Shown here one piece after another: positions 45,696-57,319 of a stretch of 64,000 nucleotides of DNA. Below the pieces are notes generated by a model. That model made no database searches. It was given only the letters and a program-made list of their open reading frames with translations, and was not told the origin of the DNA. The number at the start of each line of letters is the position of its first letter. The stretch's first letter is position 1. A program made the position numbers and the translations under genes. Origin of the DNA: Squalus acanthias (lineage: Eukaryota); NCBI GenBank assembly GCA_030390025.1, contig CM059432.1, forward strand, positions 63,924,001 through 63,988,000, read 5' to 3'.

Positions 45696-47964
45696 ACGAT
45701 AGCAAAATACTGCGGATGCTGGAAATCCGAAATAACAACAGAAAACGCTGGAAAAACTCAGCAGGCCAGGCAACATCCGTGGAGAGAGAAACAGAGTTAA
45801 CGTTTCAGGTCGAAACCCTTCGTCGGAACTGAGAGAAGAGCAGGAAATTAAACAGATAAAAATGCAAGGGGGAGGCTGGGGGGAGGAATAAAAGAACAAA
45901 AGGGGTGGTCTATGGTAAGTAGAGACATTAAGAGATGCTCAAGGCAACACGAGATGGTAATGGGACAGGTTAAGAAACAAAAGGTGAGGTGTGAAATGCT
46001 GGCAGAATGAGAGACAGCTGCCGTAGGGGGAGAGAGAGAAAAAAAAGGAAAAAGGCACGGACCAAAAGGGTGGATAAAATGTATATATATGTGGTAGGGG
46101 CCGGGGTTATGATCTGAAATTGTTGAACTCGATATTGAGTCCGGAAGGCTGTAAAGTGCCTAAACAAAAGATGAGGTGCTGTTCCTCGAGCTTCCACTGA
46201 GCTTCCGTGGAACAATGCATGAGGCCGAGGACGGTGAGGTCTGAGTGGGCGTGGAGGGGTGAATTAAAATGACAGGCGACCGGAAGCTCGGGGTCACCCT
46301 TACGGACTGAACGGAGGTGTTCTGCAAAGCGGTCACCCAATCTGCGTTTAGTCTCCCCAATGTAGAGGAGACCACATCGTGAGCAGCGAATACAGTATAC
46401 TAGATTGCAAGAAGTACAAGTAAATCGCTGTTTCACCTGGAAGGGCTGTTTGGGGCCCTGGAGAGTGGGAAGGGGGGATGTATAAGGGCAGGTGTTGCAT
46501 CTCCTGCGCTTGCACGGGAAGGTGCCGGGTGAAGGGGAAGGGGTGCTGTGGGTGATAGAGGAGTGGACTAGGGTGTCTCGGAGGGAGCGGTCCCTACGGA
46601 ATGCTGAAAGGGGAGGTGAGGGGAAGATACGTTTGGTGGTGGGATCACGTTGGAAGTGGCGGAAATGGCGAAGGATGATCCGTTGAATGTGGAGGCTGGT
46701 GGGGTGAAAGGTGAGGACAAGGGGAACTCTATCGTGGTTCCGGGAGGGAGGGAGGGGCCGGGGTGAGGGCAGAAGTGCGGGAGATGGAACGGACACGGTC
46801 GAGGGCCATGTCGACCACGGTAGAGGGGAATCCTCGGTTGAGGAAAAAGGAAGACATGTCGGAAGCACTGGTATGGAAGGTGGCATCGTCGGAGCAGATG
46901 CGGCAGAGACGGAGAAACTGGGAGAAGGGAATAGAGTCCCTACAGGAGGCGGGGTGGGAGGAAGTGTAGTCCAGGTAGCTGTGGGAGTCAGTGGGCTTGT
47001 AGTGAATGTTGGTCAATAACCTATCCCCAGAGATGGAGACGGAGAAGTTGAGGAAGGGGAGGGAAGAGTCGGAGATGGACCATGTGAAGGTGAGGGAAGG
47101 GTGGAAATTGGAGGCAAAGTGAATGAAATTGTCTAGTTCGGGGCGAGAGTAGGAAACGGTACTGATACAGTCATCAATGTACCGGAAAAAGAGGTGAAGG
47201 AGGGGACCCGAGTAGAACTGGAACAAAGATTGCTCCACATATCCCACGAAAAGGCAGGCATAGCTAGGACCCATGCGGGTACCCATAGCAACACCTTTGA
47301 TTTGGAGGAAATGAGTGGAGTCAAAGGAGAAGTTGTTCAATGTGAGAACAAGTTCAGCCAGGCGGAGGAGGATGGCGGTGGATGGGGACTGGTTGGGCCT
47401 CTGCTCAAGGAAGAAGCAGAGCGCCCTCAGGCCATCCTGGTGGGGGATGGAGGTGTAGAGGGACTGTACGTCCATGGTGAAAAGGAGGCGGTTGGGGCCA
47501 GGAAACTGGAAACTGTTAAAGTGGCGGAGGGCGTCAGAGGAATCGTGGATGTAGGTGGGAAGGGACTGGACAAGGGGAGAAAAAATAGAGTCGAGATAGG
47601 AAGAGATAAGTTCCGTGGGGCAAGAGCAGACTGAAACGATGGGTCTACCAGTTTCTCTGTCTCCGCCGCATCTGCTCCAATGATGCCACCTTCCATACCA
47701 GTGCTTCCGACATGTCTTCCTTTTTCCTCAACCGAGGATTCCCCTCTACCGTGGTCGACACGGCCCTCGACCGTGTCCGTTCCATCTCCCGCACCTCTGC
47801 CCTCACCCCGGCCCCTCCCTCCCGGAACCACGATAGAGTTCCCCTTGTCCTCACCTTTCACCCCACCAGCCTCCACATTCAACGGATCATCCTCCGCCAT
47901 TTCCGCCACCTCCAACGTGATCCCACCACCAAACGTATCTTCCCCTCACCTCCCCTTTCAGCAT
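45696..47964 (-). mobile_element. Penelope-like retroelement, 5'-truncated (RT plus GIY-YIG endonuclease), with an inverted internal duplicate at 47649-47964
   Basis: RT motifs MDVQSLYTSIP, QIKGVAMGTRMGPSYACLF, FFRYIDD, YKPTDSHSYL. Endonuclease CKRRRCNTC...NLVYCIRCSRCGLLYIGETKRRLGDRFAEH, stop at 46107. A 4-bp GGGA duplication near 46745 shifts the frame. Confidence 0.96.
45795..45830 (-). ncRNA. Minimal type I hammerhead ribozyme motif in the Penelope 3' region, core mutated
   Basis: Minus strand AGTT-CCGACGA-AGGGTTTCGACCT-GAAAC-GTT-AACT: stem I AGTT/AACT, palindromic stem III AACGTT. The core reads CCGANGA instead of CUGANGA. Confidence 0.7.
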
Positions 47965-48278
47965 TATAGCTTATAAACCTCTATAAGGCTCTTTGCACTG
48001 ACTTTCAAGGTTGAAGATTCCTATTTTTTCTAACATTCCCATGTAACGTATAATTCCCTAATCCTCTGACACTATGGAACAGCCCTCTTCTGTACCACTT
48101 TGGATGTTTCACTTGTGCCTTAGGGATCAGAGTTGAAAGTATTACTCAAGGTGCACCTTGACCAGAACACTATCTAGCTTCAACATGATAACTTTAGATT
48201 TATAAATGGTAATTTTACAAAACTACATGGCCAGCATGGAGTCTGTGTCCCCAATGATTTTCCATTTTTAAAATTAAT

Positions 48279-50880
48279 ACATAGGATATAGGATATACGG
48301 CACAGAAACAGGCCATTCGGCCCAACCAGTCCATGCCGGCGTTTATACTCTACTCGAGCCTCCTCCCATCTTTCTTCATCTAAATCTATCAGCATAACCC
48401 TCTATTCCCCTCATATGCTTGTCCAGCCTTCCCTTAAATGCATCTATACTATTCGCTTCAACCACTCCCTGTGGTAGCGAGTTCCACATTCTCACCACTC
48501 TTTGGGTAAAGAAGTTTCTTCTGAATTCCCTATTGGATTTCTTGGTGACTATCTTATATTGATTGCCTCTAGTTATGCTCTTCCCCACAAGTGGAAACAT
48601 TCTCTCTGTATCCACTCTATCAAAACCTTTCATAATTTTAAAGAACTCTATTAGGTCACCCCTCAGCCTTTTTTCAAGAGAAAAGAGACCCAGCCTGTTC
48701 ATCCTTTCCTGATATGTATACCCTCATATTTCTGGTATCATCCTTGTAAATCCTCTCTGCACCCTCTCTAGTGCCTCTATATCCTTTTTATAATATGGCG
48801 ACCAGAACTGCACGCAGTACTCTAAGTGTGGTCTAACCAAGGTTTGATACAGGTTTAGCATAACTTCCCTACTTTTCAATTCTATACCTCTAGAAATAAA
48901 CCCTAGTGCTTGGTTTGCTTTTTTTATGATGTGGAGATGCCGGCGTTGGACTGGGGTGGACAAAAATGAGAAGTCGCACAACACCAGGTTATAGTCCAAC
49001 AGATTTATTTAATTTTACAAGCTTTCGTGTGGCGCAACTTTTAGTGATTTGTGTATTTGTACTCCTAGATCCCTTTGTTCCTCTACCCCACCTAGACTCG
49101 CACCCTCCAAGTGATAAGTGACCTCTCTATTCTTCCTACTAAAATGTAATACCTCACATTTATCTGTGTTGAACTTCATTTGCCAATTATTTGCCTATTC
49201 TGCAAGTTTATTAATGTCCTCCTGTAATTTGTTGCAGTCCTTCCCAATATTAACTATCCTCCCCCAATTTGGTATCATCTGCAAATTTAGAAATTGTGTT
49301 TATGATTCCAAAGTCTAAATCGTTAATGTAAATTGTGAACAGCAGTGGTCCCAGCACTAATCCTTGTGGAACACCACTACCCACCTTCTGCCACTCTGAA
49401 TAGCTACCCTTTACTCCCACTCTCTGTTTTCTGTCTTGAAGCCAGCTAGCAATCATTCTGCTACTTGTCCCCTGACTCCGCATTCTCTGACCTTATTCAT
49501 CAGTATATTATGGGCTATCTTATCGAAGGCCTTTTGAAAATCTAGATAAATTACATCTACTGCATTACCATTCTCTACTCTCTCTGTTACCTCTTCAAAA
49601 ATTTCAGTAAGGTTGGTCAAGCAAGATTGTCCCTTTTGAAATCCATGCTGACTTTATTATTATACTTTTTGTTTCTAGATGTTCTTCTATTTTCTCCTTT
49701 TAGTAGGGATTCCATTATTTTTCCTACCACTGATATTAAGCTGACTGGTCTATAATTCCCTGGACATGTTATATCCCCCTTCTTAAATATCAGTAATACG
49801 TTAGCTATCCGCCAGTCCTCTGGCACTATACCTTTTTCTAACGAATTGTTAAATATGTGTAGTAATGCCTCTGCTATCTCTTCCTTAGATTCTTTTAAAA
49901 TGCGTGGATGTAATCCATCCGGACCAGGGGTTTTATCCTCTTTGAATTTGATTAGTTTATTTAATATATCCTCTCTTTTTATTTTAAATGCACTTATCTC
50001 ATTACTAATCTCATCATCCAATGTCATGTCCACCTGTTCTATCTCCCTGGTAAATACTGAAGCAAAATAATTATTTAATATTTCTCCCATCTCCCTATCG
50101 TTACCTGTGGTATTGTCCTGTCTGTCCCTTAATAGCACTATTCCCATCCCAGCCTTCCTTTTTTATTGATGTGCCTGTAAAATATTTTACTATTTTGTTT
50201 GATGTTCCTTGATAATTTAATTTCATAGCTCCTCTTTGCCTTCCTAATTGTTTTTTTGACTTCTCTCCTAATCCCATCGTATTCTCTCTTTTCATGCACT
50301 CGTCTGCTGTCTATGTACTTAATGTATGCCTCTTTCCTTACCCTCAATTGTTCCCTTATGTCTTTATTGATCCATGGAGTCTCATTAGTGTTTACTTTGT
50401 TCTTTCCTTTTAGCAGAATATATTTTTTCTGCACTTTGTTGAACACCATTTTAAATGTTGCCCATTGTCATTCTTCTTGTTTGCCAATATTGTTGCCCAT
50501 TTTATCTTCCCAAGTTCTATTCTCAGCCCCTCAAAATCATTTTTTTCCAATCTATTAACCTGGTTTTTGTCATACTTATGTCCTTCTCTATTATCAACTT
50601 AAAGTGTATTATATTATGGTTACTATTGCCTAGATATTCCCCTACTTTTACTTCTCTTATCTGCTCTGGTTTATTCCCCATAACTAGATCCAATAATGAA
50701 TCCTCCCTTGTTGGGCTTTTTACATATTGGGTTAGAAAGGAGTCCTGTCGACATTGTAGGAACTCCATTCCCTTATCTCCTTTACCTGCCTCTTCTGTCC
50801 AATTAATATCGGGGTAGTTGAAATCCCCAATATTCTATGTTTTTTTTTACTAATTTCTCTAATTTGTCTAATAATTAGAA
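48279..50880 (-). mobile_element. Long degenerate CR1 LINE, from the endonuclease C-terminal part through RT to the 3' tail
   Basis: Minus ORFs: [94 protein letters not shown]. Multiple frameshifts. Confidence 0.96.
48926..49027 (-). mobile_element. Penelope-like 3' tail (102 bp) inserted in the CR1
   Basis: Matches the reverse complement of 54653-54754. Begins within the hammerhead motif (CGAAAGCTTGTAA). Confidence 0.9.
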
Positions 50881-53429
50881 AATGAAGGGGAATAAATGTG
50901 CCAATGGAATATAAACTGGACACCAAAAGTACAGTTTTAGAACAGAAGGCTTTTTTTGCACTTTTATGTCTTATGGAGTGCAGACATTATCTATTTTTTC
51001 AAGGAATTTTTATCAACAAAAAAACAAACTGCAGAGTCCAGTCACTCCCCCATCCCTTTTGGAATTGGTGAATGCCGACAACTCCAGTGACATTGTGTTG
51101 GAAGCAGAAACTTACAGACAATAATTTGAATGGGGAGTGAAATAGTAGAAACTGCATGATTTTAAAGCTGTAAAACAATTTAATATTAATAACAATTTAA
51201 TATTAATAGCAATAATCCTTACATGTAAAGGGGACTTGTTCATCCAAGAGCTGTAAGAAATGCAGTTAGATTGTCATCAGCATCTTATGTGAAAATATAT
51301 AATTAAAATCTGTAAATTGTAGTAATTTTTGGAGAAAAAAAAGATTTTGTTAATAAAAATATTTCCTTTCAACATTAGCGCACATGAATCAACGGGTGAC
51401 TTGTTATTTATTACTTTTTACCTGCTGTGATAAACTGTAGTTTAGTCACAAATTAACTTTCATTAAATGCATTTCATTTGTAGTTACCTGCAGGAAATAA
51501 ATTACAAAGCACTAATTCAATGACAAACCAATCTGATACTGCAGCTTAATGTAGTTTATTTGACAGGTGAATAACAAGGCACAACATAATAATGAACTGC
51601 ATGGAGAGCTCTCTTCACTTGATTGCCCTCCCTTAACCTTTTTGTGTATCTGTGCATATATTGAAAATTAATATTCAGAACTTTAAACAAACAATGAGGG
51701 AAGATTTCCTCTGTGTGCTATATGCAACAACATCTTACATTTAAAACCATTTTTAATGTAAATTTAAATCCCAAAATGGACACTGAGCAGCAGTAGAAAA
51801 AATAGCTAAGAGGCCTTTAAAGGTAGACAGAGAACCAGCAAAGTTGGGGGTGCCTAGGGATGAGAGTTGCAAAGAGTAGAATCGAGATGATTGAAGGGTT
51901 TAACAACAATAGTGGAAAGGTGGAAGGTGGTGATACAGAGATCAGAGTCACAGCACTGAAGAGAATGAGGTGGTTTGGTGGTGGTTTGGTGATGAATAGG
52001 ATGTGAGGTTTACAGCTCAGCTAAGGGTTGAACAGGACATTCAGATTTTGCACCATTGGGTTAAGATTAAGAGGGCAGTCGGAGAGGGAGTCATTGGCAA
52101 CGATACAGTGGTTTTGGTGGGACCAAAATAAAATGAGTTTGGTCTTACTAAAATTCAAGTTGAGGAAGTTGTTGCCCATTCATGAATTGATGGCAGACAA
52201 ACAGTCTGAAAACACAGAGATGGCTATGGAGTTGAAGGTGGTAATGGAGAGGTTGCATTTGGTGTTATCAGCTTACATATTTAAACTAATTGCCTGCCTA
52301 CAGGTAATATTGCTGAGAGGCAACATATAAACAAGGAAAAGGAGGAAAGCAAGGCTGACCCCTTGGGATGCTCCAGGATGACTGTGCGTACATGGGAGGA
52401 GAAGCCATTGCTCAGATGTGCTGGCTATGTTGGGACAATTTGGAGATTTTGTGAGGTGAACCACTGAGGAGAGGCAGTGGAGGGGGACTGAATGGTTCAC
52501 CATGTCGAACATCAAGGAGAGATCAAAGAGAGATACTGTGTCATGATCACAGTAACAAAGGATGTCACTGCTCAGGGCAGGCTCCATACTGTGGCCATGA
52601 TGAAAGTGAGACTGAAGGGATTCAGACAAAGAATTATGGAAGAGGTTTCCATGGATCTGGGTGGCAATGGTGTGTTCAAAGAACTTACAGAGGAAAGGGG
52701 TGTTAGAGATGGGATGGTAGCTGTAAAGGATGGAATTGGATGAGGATGGAGGTTTTGAAAAGGAGGATGATGACAGTAGTTTTGACGGAGAGGATGCCTG
52801 TTCAAAGGAAGCCATTTACAATGTTGGCGAGCACTGGGGCAAAGAAAGGTAGTCGAGTGTTCAGGACTTGGGAGGGGAGAATTCAAGAGAGCAGGAGGTG
52901 GATAACTTGAGCCTGGTGAGAGCTGAAGGGGAGACGGCAGAGAAACTACAGTGTGACAAAGAATTGGGACAGGAGTGAGGAAGGGGCTGGGGAGTCAGGG
53001 ATGAGGGCTAAGACAATCTTAGAAATTTTAAAGTCTGTAAGATCCCTGTGCTTGGCATGGGAGATAAGGATGGAAGGAGCAGAGAAGGGGACCATATGAG
53101 GCATTTGATGATTTGAGAGGAAGAGTTTAGGGTAGTCCTTATCCTTGGAATAGTAATAGAATTTGATTGTAGAGATGGAGGTGAGGTATTATTTAAATAG
53201 TCAAGCCAGATCTGGCAGTCAGTGACTGAGCCAATCATGCACCAGATTCACTTATATCTGTTGCCCTCAGATTTGAATGGGGAGAAATGGGAATGGCGGA
53301 GATGTGAAATTCTGAATGACTTGTTCAGTGTGAGGGCATGAAAGATAGAGCTAAAGGAATTGCTGACTAAGTCAACAGAAATGAGAAGTCGCACAACACC
53401 AGGTTATAGTCCAACAGATTTATTTAATT

Positions 53430-53468
53430 TTACAAGCTTTCGGAGCAGTTCGCTCCTTCGTCAGGTAA
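53430..53468 (-). ncRNA. Minimal type I hammerhead ribozyme motif, left arm
   Basis: Minus strand TTAC-CTGACGA-A-GGAGC-GAACT-GCTCC-GAAAG-CTT-GTAA: intact core, stems I and II, palindromic stem III AAGCTT. Confidence 0.82.
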
Positions 53469-54626
53469 GTTAGCAGTGAGAGAATCTCCCAGAATTCACA
53501 ATTTAAACGCAGACAAAATCTATTCACATCTTTCCCTACATCAAAGAGCACAGCCAAGACAATGAGATGTGTCCCAGGGGGTCCAACGTGTCAAACCACC
53601 TGCTGGCTGCATATCCTGTCAATTTGTGCAGGTTCTTGTGTTAGTCTTTTTAAAAAAAAAAACACCTGGGAAGACCGGCCTTGATGTCAAGTCACGTTCT
53701 GTATCGTGACATGAACCCGATATCGCGATTGAGGCCATCCTCATGAGTGCGGAAATTGGCTATCAGTTTCTGCTCTATGATTTTGCGCTGTCGTGTATCT
53801 CGAAGGCCGCCTTGGAGAACGCTTACCCGCAGATCCGAGGCTGAATGCCCCTGGCTGCTGAAGTGTTCCCCGACTGGGAGGCAACCCTCCTGCCTGGCGA
53901 TTGTTGCGCGGTGTCCGTTCATACGTTGTCTCAGTGTCTGCATGGTCTCGCCGATGTACCATGCTCTGGAGCATCCTTTACTGCAACGTATCAGGTAGAC
54001 AACGTTGGCCGAGTCACATGAGTATGTACCGTGTACCTGGTGGGTAGTGTCCTCACGTGTGATGATGGTATCTGTGTCCATGATTTGGCATGTCTTGCAG
54101 AGGTTGCCGGGAAGTACTGGACGACGTAGGGTACTCTGTTGGTTGTGTCCCGTGTTCGTCTTCTGAGGAGGTCTATGCGGTTTTTCGCTGTGGCCCGTCG
54201 GAACTGTCGATCGACGAGTCGAGCGTCATATCCCGTTCTTACGAGGGCGTCTTTCAGTGTCCGTAGGTGTCCATCGCGTTCCTCCTCGTCTGAGCAGATC
54301 CTGTGTATTCGCAGGGCTTGTCCATAGGGGATGGCTTCTTTAACGTGGTTAGGGTGGAAGCTGGAGAAGTGGAGCATCGTGAGGTTGTCCGTGGGCTTGC
54401 GGTAGAGTGAAGTGCTGAGGCGTCCGTCTTTGATGGAGATTCGTGTGTCCAAGAATGAAACCGATTCTGAGGAGGACAGGATATGCAGCCAGCAGGTGGT
54501 TTGACACGTTGGACCCCCTGGGACACATCTCATTGTCTTGGCTGTGCTCTTTGATGTAGGGAAAGATGTGAATAGATTTTGTCTGTGTTTAAATTGTGAA
54601 TTCTGGGGGATTCTCTCACTGCTAAC

Positions 54627-54665
54627 TTACCTGATGAAGGAGCGAACTGCTCCGAAAGCTTGTAA
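54627..54665 (+). ncRNA. Minimal type I hammerhead ribozyme motif, right arm
   Basis: TTAC-CTGATGA-A-GGAGC-GAACT-GCTCC-GAAAG-CTT-GTAA; canonical CUGAUGA and GAAA core. Confidence 0.85.
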
Positions 54666-55195
54666 AATTAAATAAATCTGTTGGACTATAACCTGGTGTT
54701 GTGCGACTTCTCATTTTTGTCCACCCCAGTCCAACGCCGGCATCTCCACATCATAAGTCAACAGAGGAAGTGGTGTTTCTGTTGGCAGAGGACTAGAGGA
54801 GAGGGAATTGGAAATCAGTATGTTGAAGATAGTTGGGGAGTTAAGATGTAGAGAGAAAGAACTTGCATGTATATATCACCTTTCGCATTCAACAACATCC
54901 CATGGACATTCACAGCCAATAAATTACTTTTGATGTGTAGTCACTTTTTTTTGTGGGGGTGGGGTAAATGCAGCAGCCAATTTGTACACAGCAAGGTCCC
55001 ATAAATAGAAAATGAGATAAACAACCAGGTAATCTGTTTTGATGGTGTTGGCTGACGGATGAATGCTGACCAGGGTACTGGGAGAATCCACCATTTCTTC
55101 AAGATATCTTTTATCCCCACCTTAATATATAGACCGGCCCTCAGTTTAGCATGTCATCCAAAAGACAGCAGCTTTAACAATGTAGCACTTCCTCA

Positions 55196-55340
55196 CCATG
55201 TCCTGTGCAGCAATCTGCAGATCCCACGCAGCCGGCTCAACGGTGTTCTAATGGCAAAAAAGTGCATGTGCGGTAATTTGAATGGGCCGTGCAGCCCTTT
55301 AAAGGGGTCGCGCATACAAAAAAAATGAGTGGGAACATTG
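55196..55340. mobile_element. hAT-type MITE, 145 bp
   Basis: Exact 8-bp TSD CTTCCTCA (55188-55195 and 55341-55348). Right TIR GGGAACATTG; left TIR degenerate (CCATGTCC). Confidence 0.78.
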
Positions 55341-55378
55341 CTTCCTCACTACTGTACTGAAGTGTCAGCCTAGATATT

Positions 55379-56143
55379 GGCCCAGAAATTAAACATCGAT
55401 GGTTCCCGCGGGGGTAAGGATTCCCTGCGATATTGCACTCCACGCCTACCTTTTTGTTTCGGGCCCACACAAACTTCAGTTTCAGGGCCTCTCCCTGTTG
55501 CAACCGTGCAGTGCTTGCGTATCCCAGAGGCGCAATTAGTTCGTGCGAGCTCTGGGATCACGTGATTCAGTTAGAGCCAATGGCAGCACACCATCTTTCA
55601 TTCATAGTTTTGACAGCAAGGGCTGTCAAAGCTATGAATACTACAAGCCCCCAAAAGAACAGCTAAACCTCAATTAAATTTAAAAAAAAAGCCATCACAT
55701 TAATAAAATAACTATAGTTAAATAAATTAACCACTTTAAACAAAAAATTACATTTTTGAAAAAATTTAAAATCTTTTTAAAAGTTATAAAAATAAACTTA
55801 CCTTTCTTTAAAGTCTGTAAAAAAGATAAACCTGTTGAAAAAAATTTAAAATAACACTTAATTAACTACTTACCTTGTTAAAAGGGGGTCCTATGCCTGC
55901 TTTCTTTATGTGTAAAATCTTCACCACTTACCTGCGCGTTCAAACCTGAAAAAAAAACTAAGTGCACTGCGTGCGCACAACCTGTAGTGTGCACGCGGTT
56001 CACTTAGGAACCGCCCCCTTTGCAATACACGAAGTGCCGGTTTCCCGCGCATGCGCAGTGCATGCAGGAAACCGGCAATTCGGGACCTAATATGCGAGAG
56101 TACACAGTGCGTACTCTCGCGTATTAGGTCTAATTTTCGGGCC
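55379..56143. mobile_element. Harbinger-type MITE, 765 bp, with multiple internal palindromes
   Basis: TIRs GGCCCAGAAATTAAAC / GTCTAATTTTCGGGCC. Cleanly interrupts the SINE, with an AT-rich centre and GC-rich ends. TSD is imperfect. Confidence 0.82.
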
Positions 56144-57319
56144 TATGTGTTTAAGACTTGGAGTGGGGCTTGAACCCATAATTGTCTGACTCAGAAGCAA
56201 GAGCATTACCACTGAATCAAGCTGACATGTCTAGGGGTGAGATTGCATGACAGCAGAAAAGCAATGAATTCATAGAAGATAAGGATAAGATGTTGCTCGG
56301 TGTAAAGTCTAAAGGAGGACCGAAGGTAGACAATCTCAGTAGGGAAATCACTGTGGCACTTGGGAGGGTAGTATACAATGAGGACTTTAAAGTAGAGGAG
56401 GGAGAGGTGCAAAAGTGTGTGGTTCTCAAATGAAAAGATGCCATAGGAATATGGTGCGAGGCCAAGATGTAACCTGAAAATGAGAGCCACAGAGCCGTCA
56501 CAACAGTTTGAGCAGTGGATATGGTAGAATTAATAAAGAATGGGTTTATAATTCTATTACACAGAGCACATGGAAAATCATACCCCAGTGTTGGCATTTT
56601 CTTTTGAACGCATTAGTTCTATAGATAACTTGAGATAAAAAATAATCTTCTGAGGTAAAAGAGTGGAAAAAAATTGTTTAAACAGTTAAAAATGCATTCT
56701 ATTGTAGCGGTCCAGTATACTGTTTTCTACCAGTGGGCTAGAATATTTATTTACCTTAGTAGAAACATTTAAGGATAGCTATTACTGTCGATGGCTAACA
56801 CACTCCTATCAAGTTCTTCTGTCTGCCATTTTAATTGAGATGTGAACTCATTTAAAATAATTTGTACCTTTAGTGTCCTTAATAAGAATGCTGCAACAGT
56901 AAAATACTCAATGAATATGCTACATGTACCTTGTATATTTTGACACTGGCAGGTTTCAAAGAAACAAACATGCCAAACAGGTAGTGCTGTCATGGGAAAA
57001 TGCTGAGAAAAATGTTTTACTGTCTTTATAAATGGGAAACATGCAGTGACAAGATTAGTAGCAATACGATGTTATCTCAATATTATCTGCATCGGGAGCT
57101 AATGTTTTTTTTTTTAAATCTTGGTTCAATAATGTTTCCAGTAGACAGCATTCAGTGAAGTTTCCAAAGGAAATTGGTCCTAGCTGTTCCAATAATGGGC
57201 CATATTTGAAAACTTACTCAGTGATTGATAACAATCTTTAAAACACTACTGTTTTCTGCTACTATATATTGGTTGTGAAAGGCTCAGTAGAGTGGAACCA
57301 CATACTATTTTTATTCTAG

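Larger units (their letters stand above)
53380..54753. mobile_element. Penelope-like element (second family) with 242-bp inverted terminal arms, internally deleted RT/GIY-YIG remnant on -, and 12-bp TSD
   Basis: Arms 53379-53620 and 54475-54716 (about 3 mismatches). TSD TAAGTCAACAGA at 53368-53379 and 54754-54765. Protein motifs FLDTRISIKDG..LYRKPTD and NVVYLIRCSKGCSRAWYIGETMQTLRQRMNGH. Confidence 0.95.
51725..54850 (-). mobile_element. Old L2-clade LINE relic, interrupted by a Penelope-like element at 53380-54753
   Basis: ORF 52273-52815 has decayed RT motifs (YHPISNTPFLCKFFEH, QSHFHHGHSME, DLSLMFDMVNH, GASQG..LAFLLFLVYMLPL). L2-like tail near 51725. Outer limits are approximate. Confidence 0.75.
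54861..56227 (-). mobile_element. Near full-length Deu-domain SINE carrying two MITE insertions
   Basis: L2-like tail ACTTGCATGTATATATCACCTTTC at 54861, core at 55060-55195, head GGAGTGGGGCTTGAACCC...CTGAATCAAGCTGAC at 56160-56227. Confidence 0.8.

Noticed and set aside
46492..47634. Plus-strand ORFs over the Penelope element, and similar antisense ORFs over CR1 and Harbinger
   Set aside because: Shadow frames of transposon coding sequence on the opposite strand.
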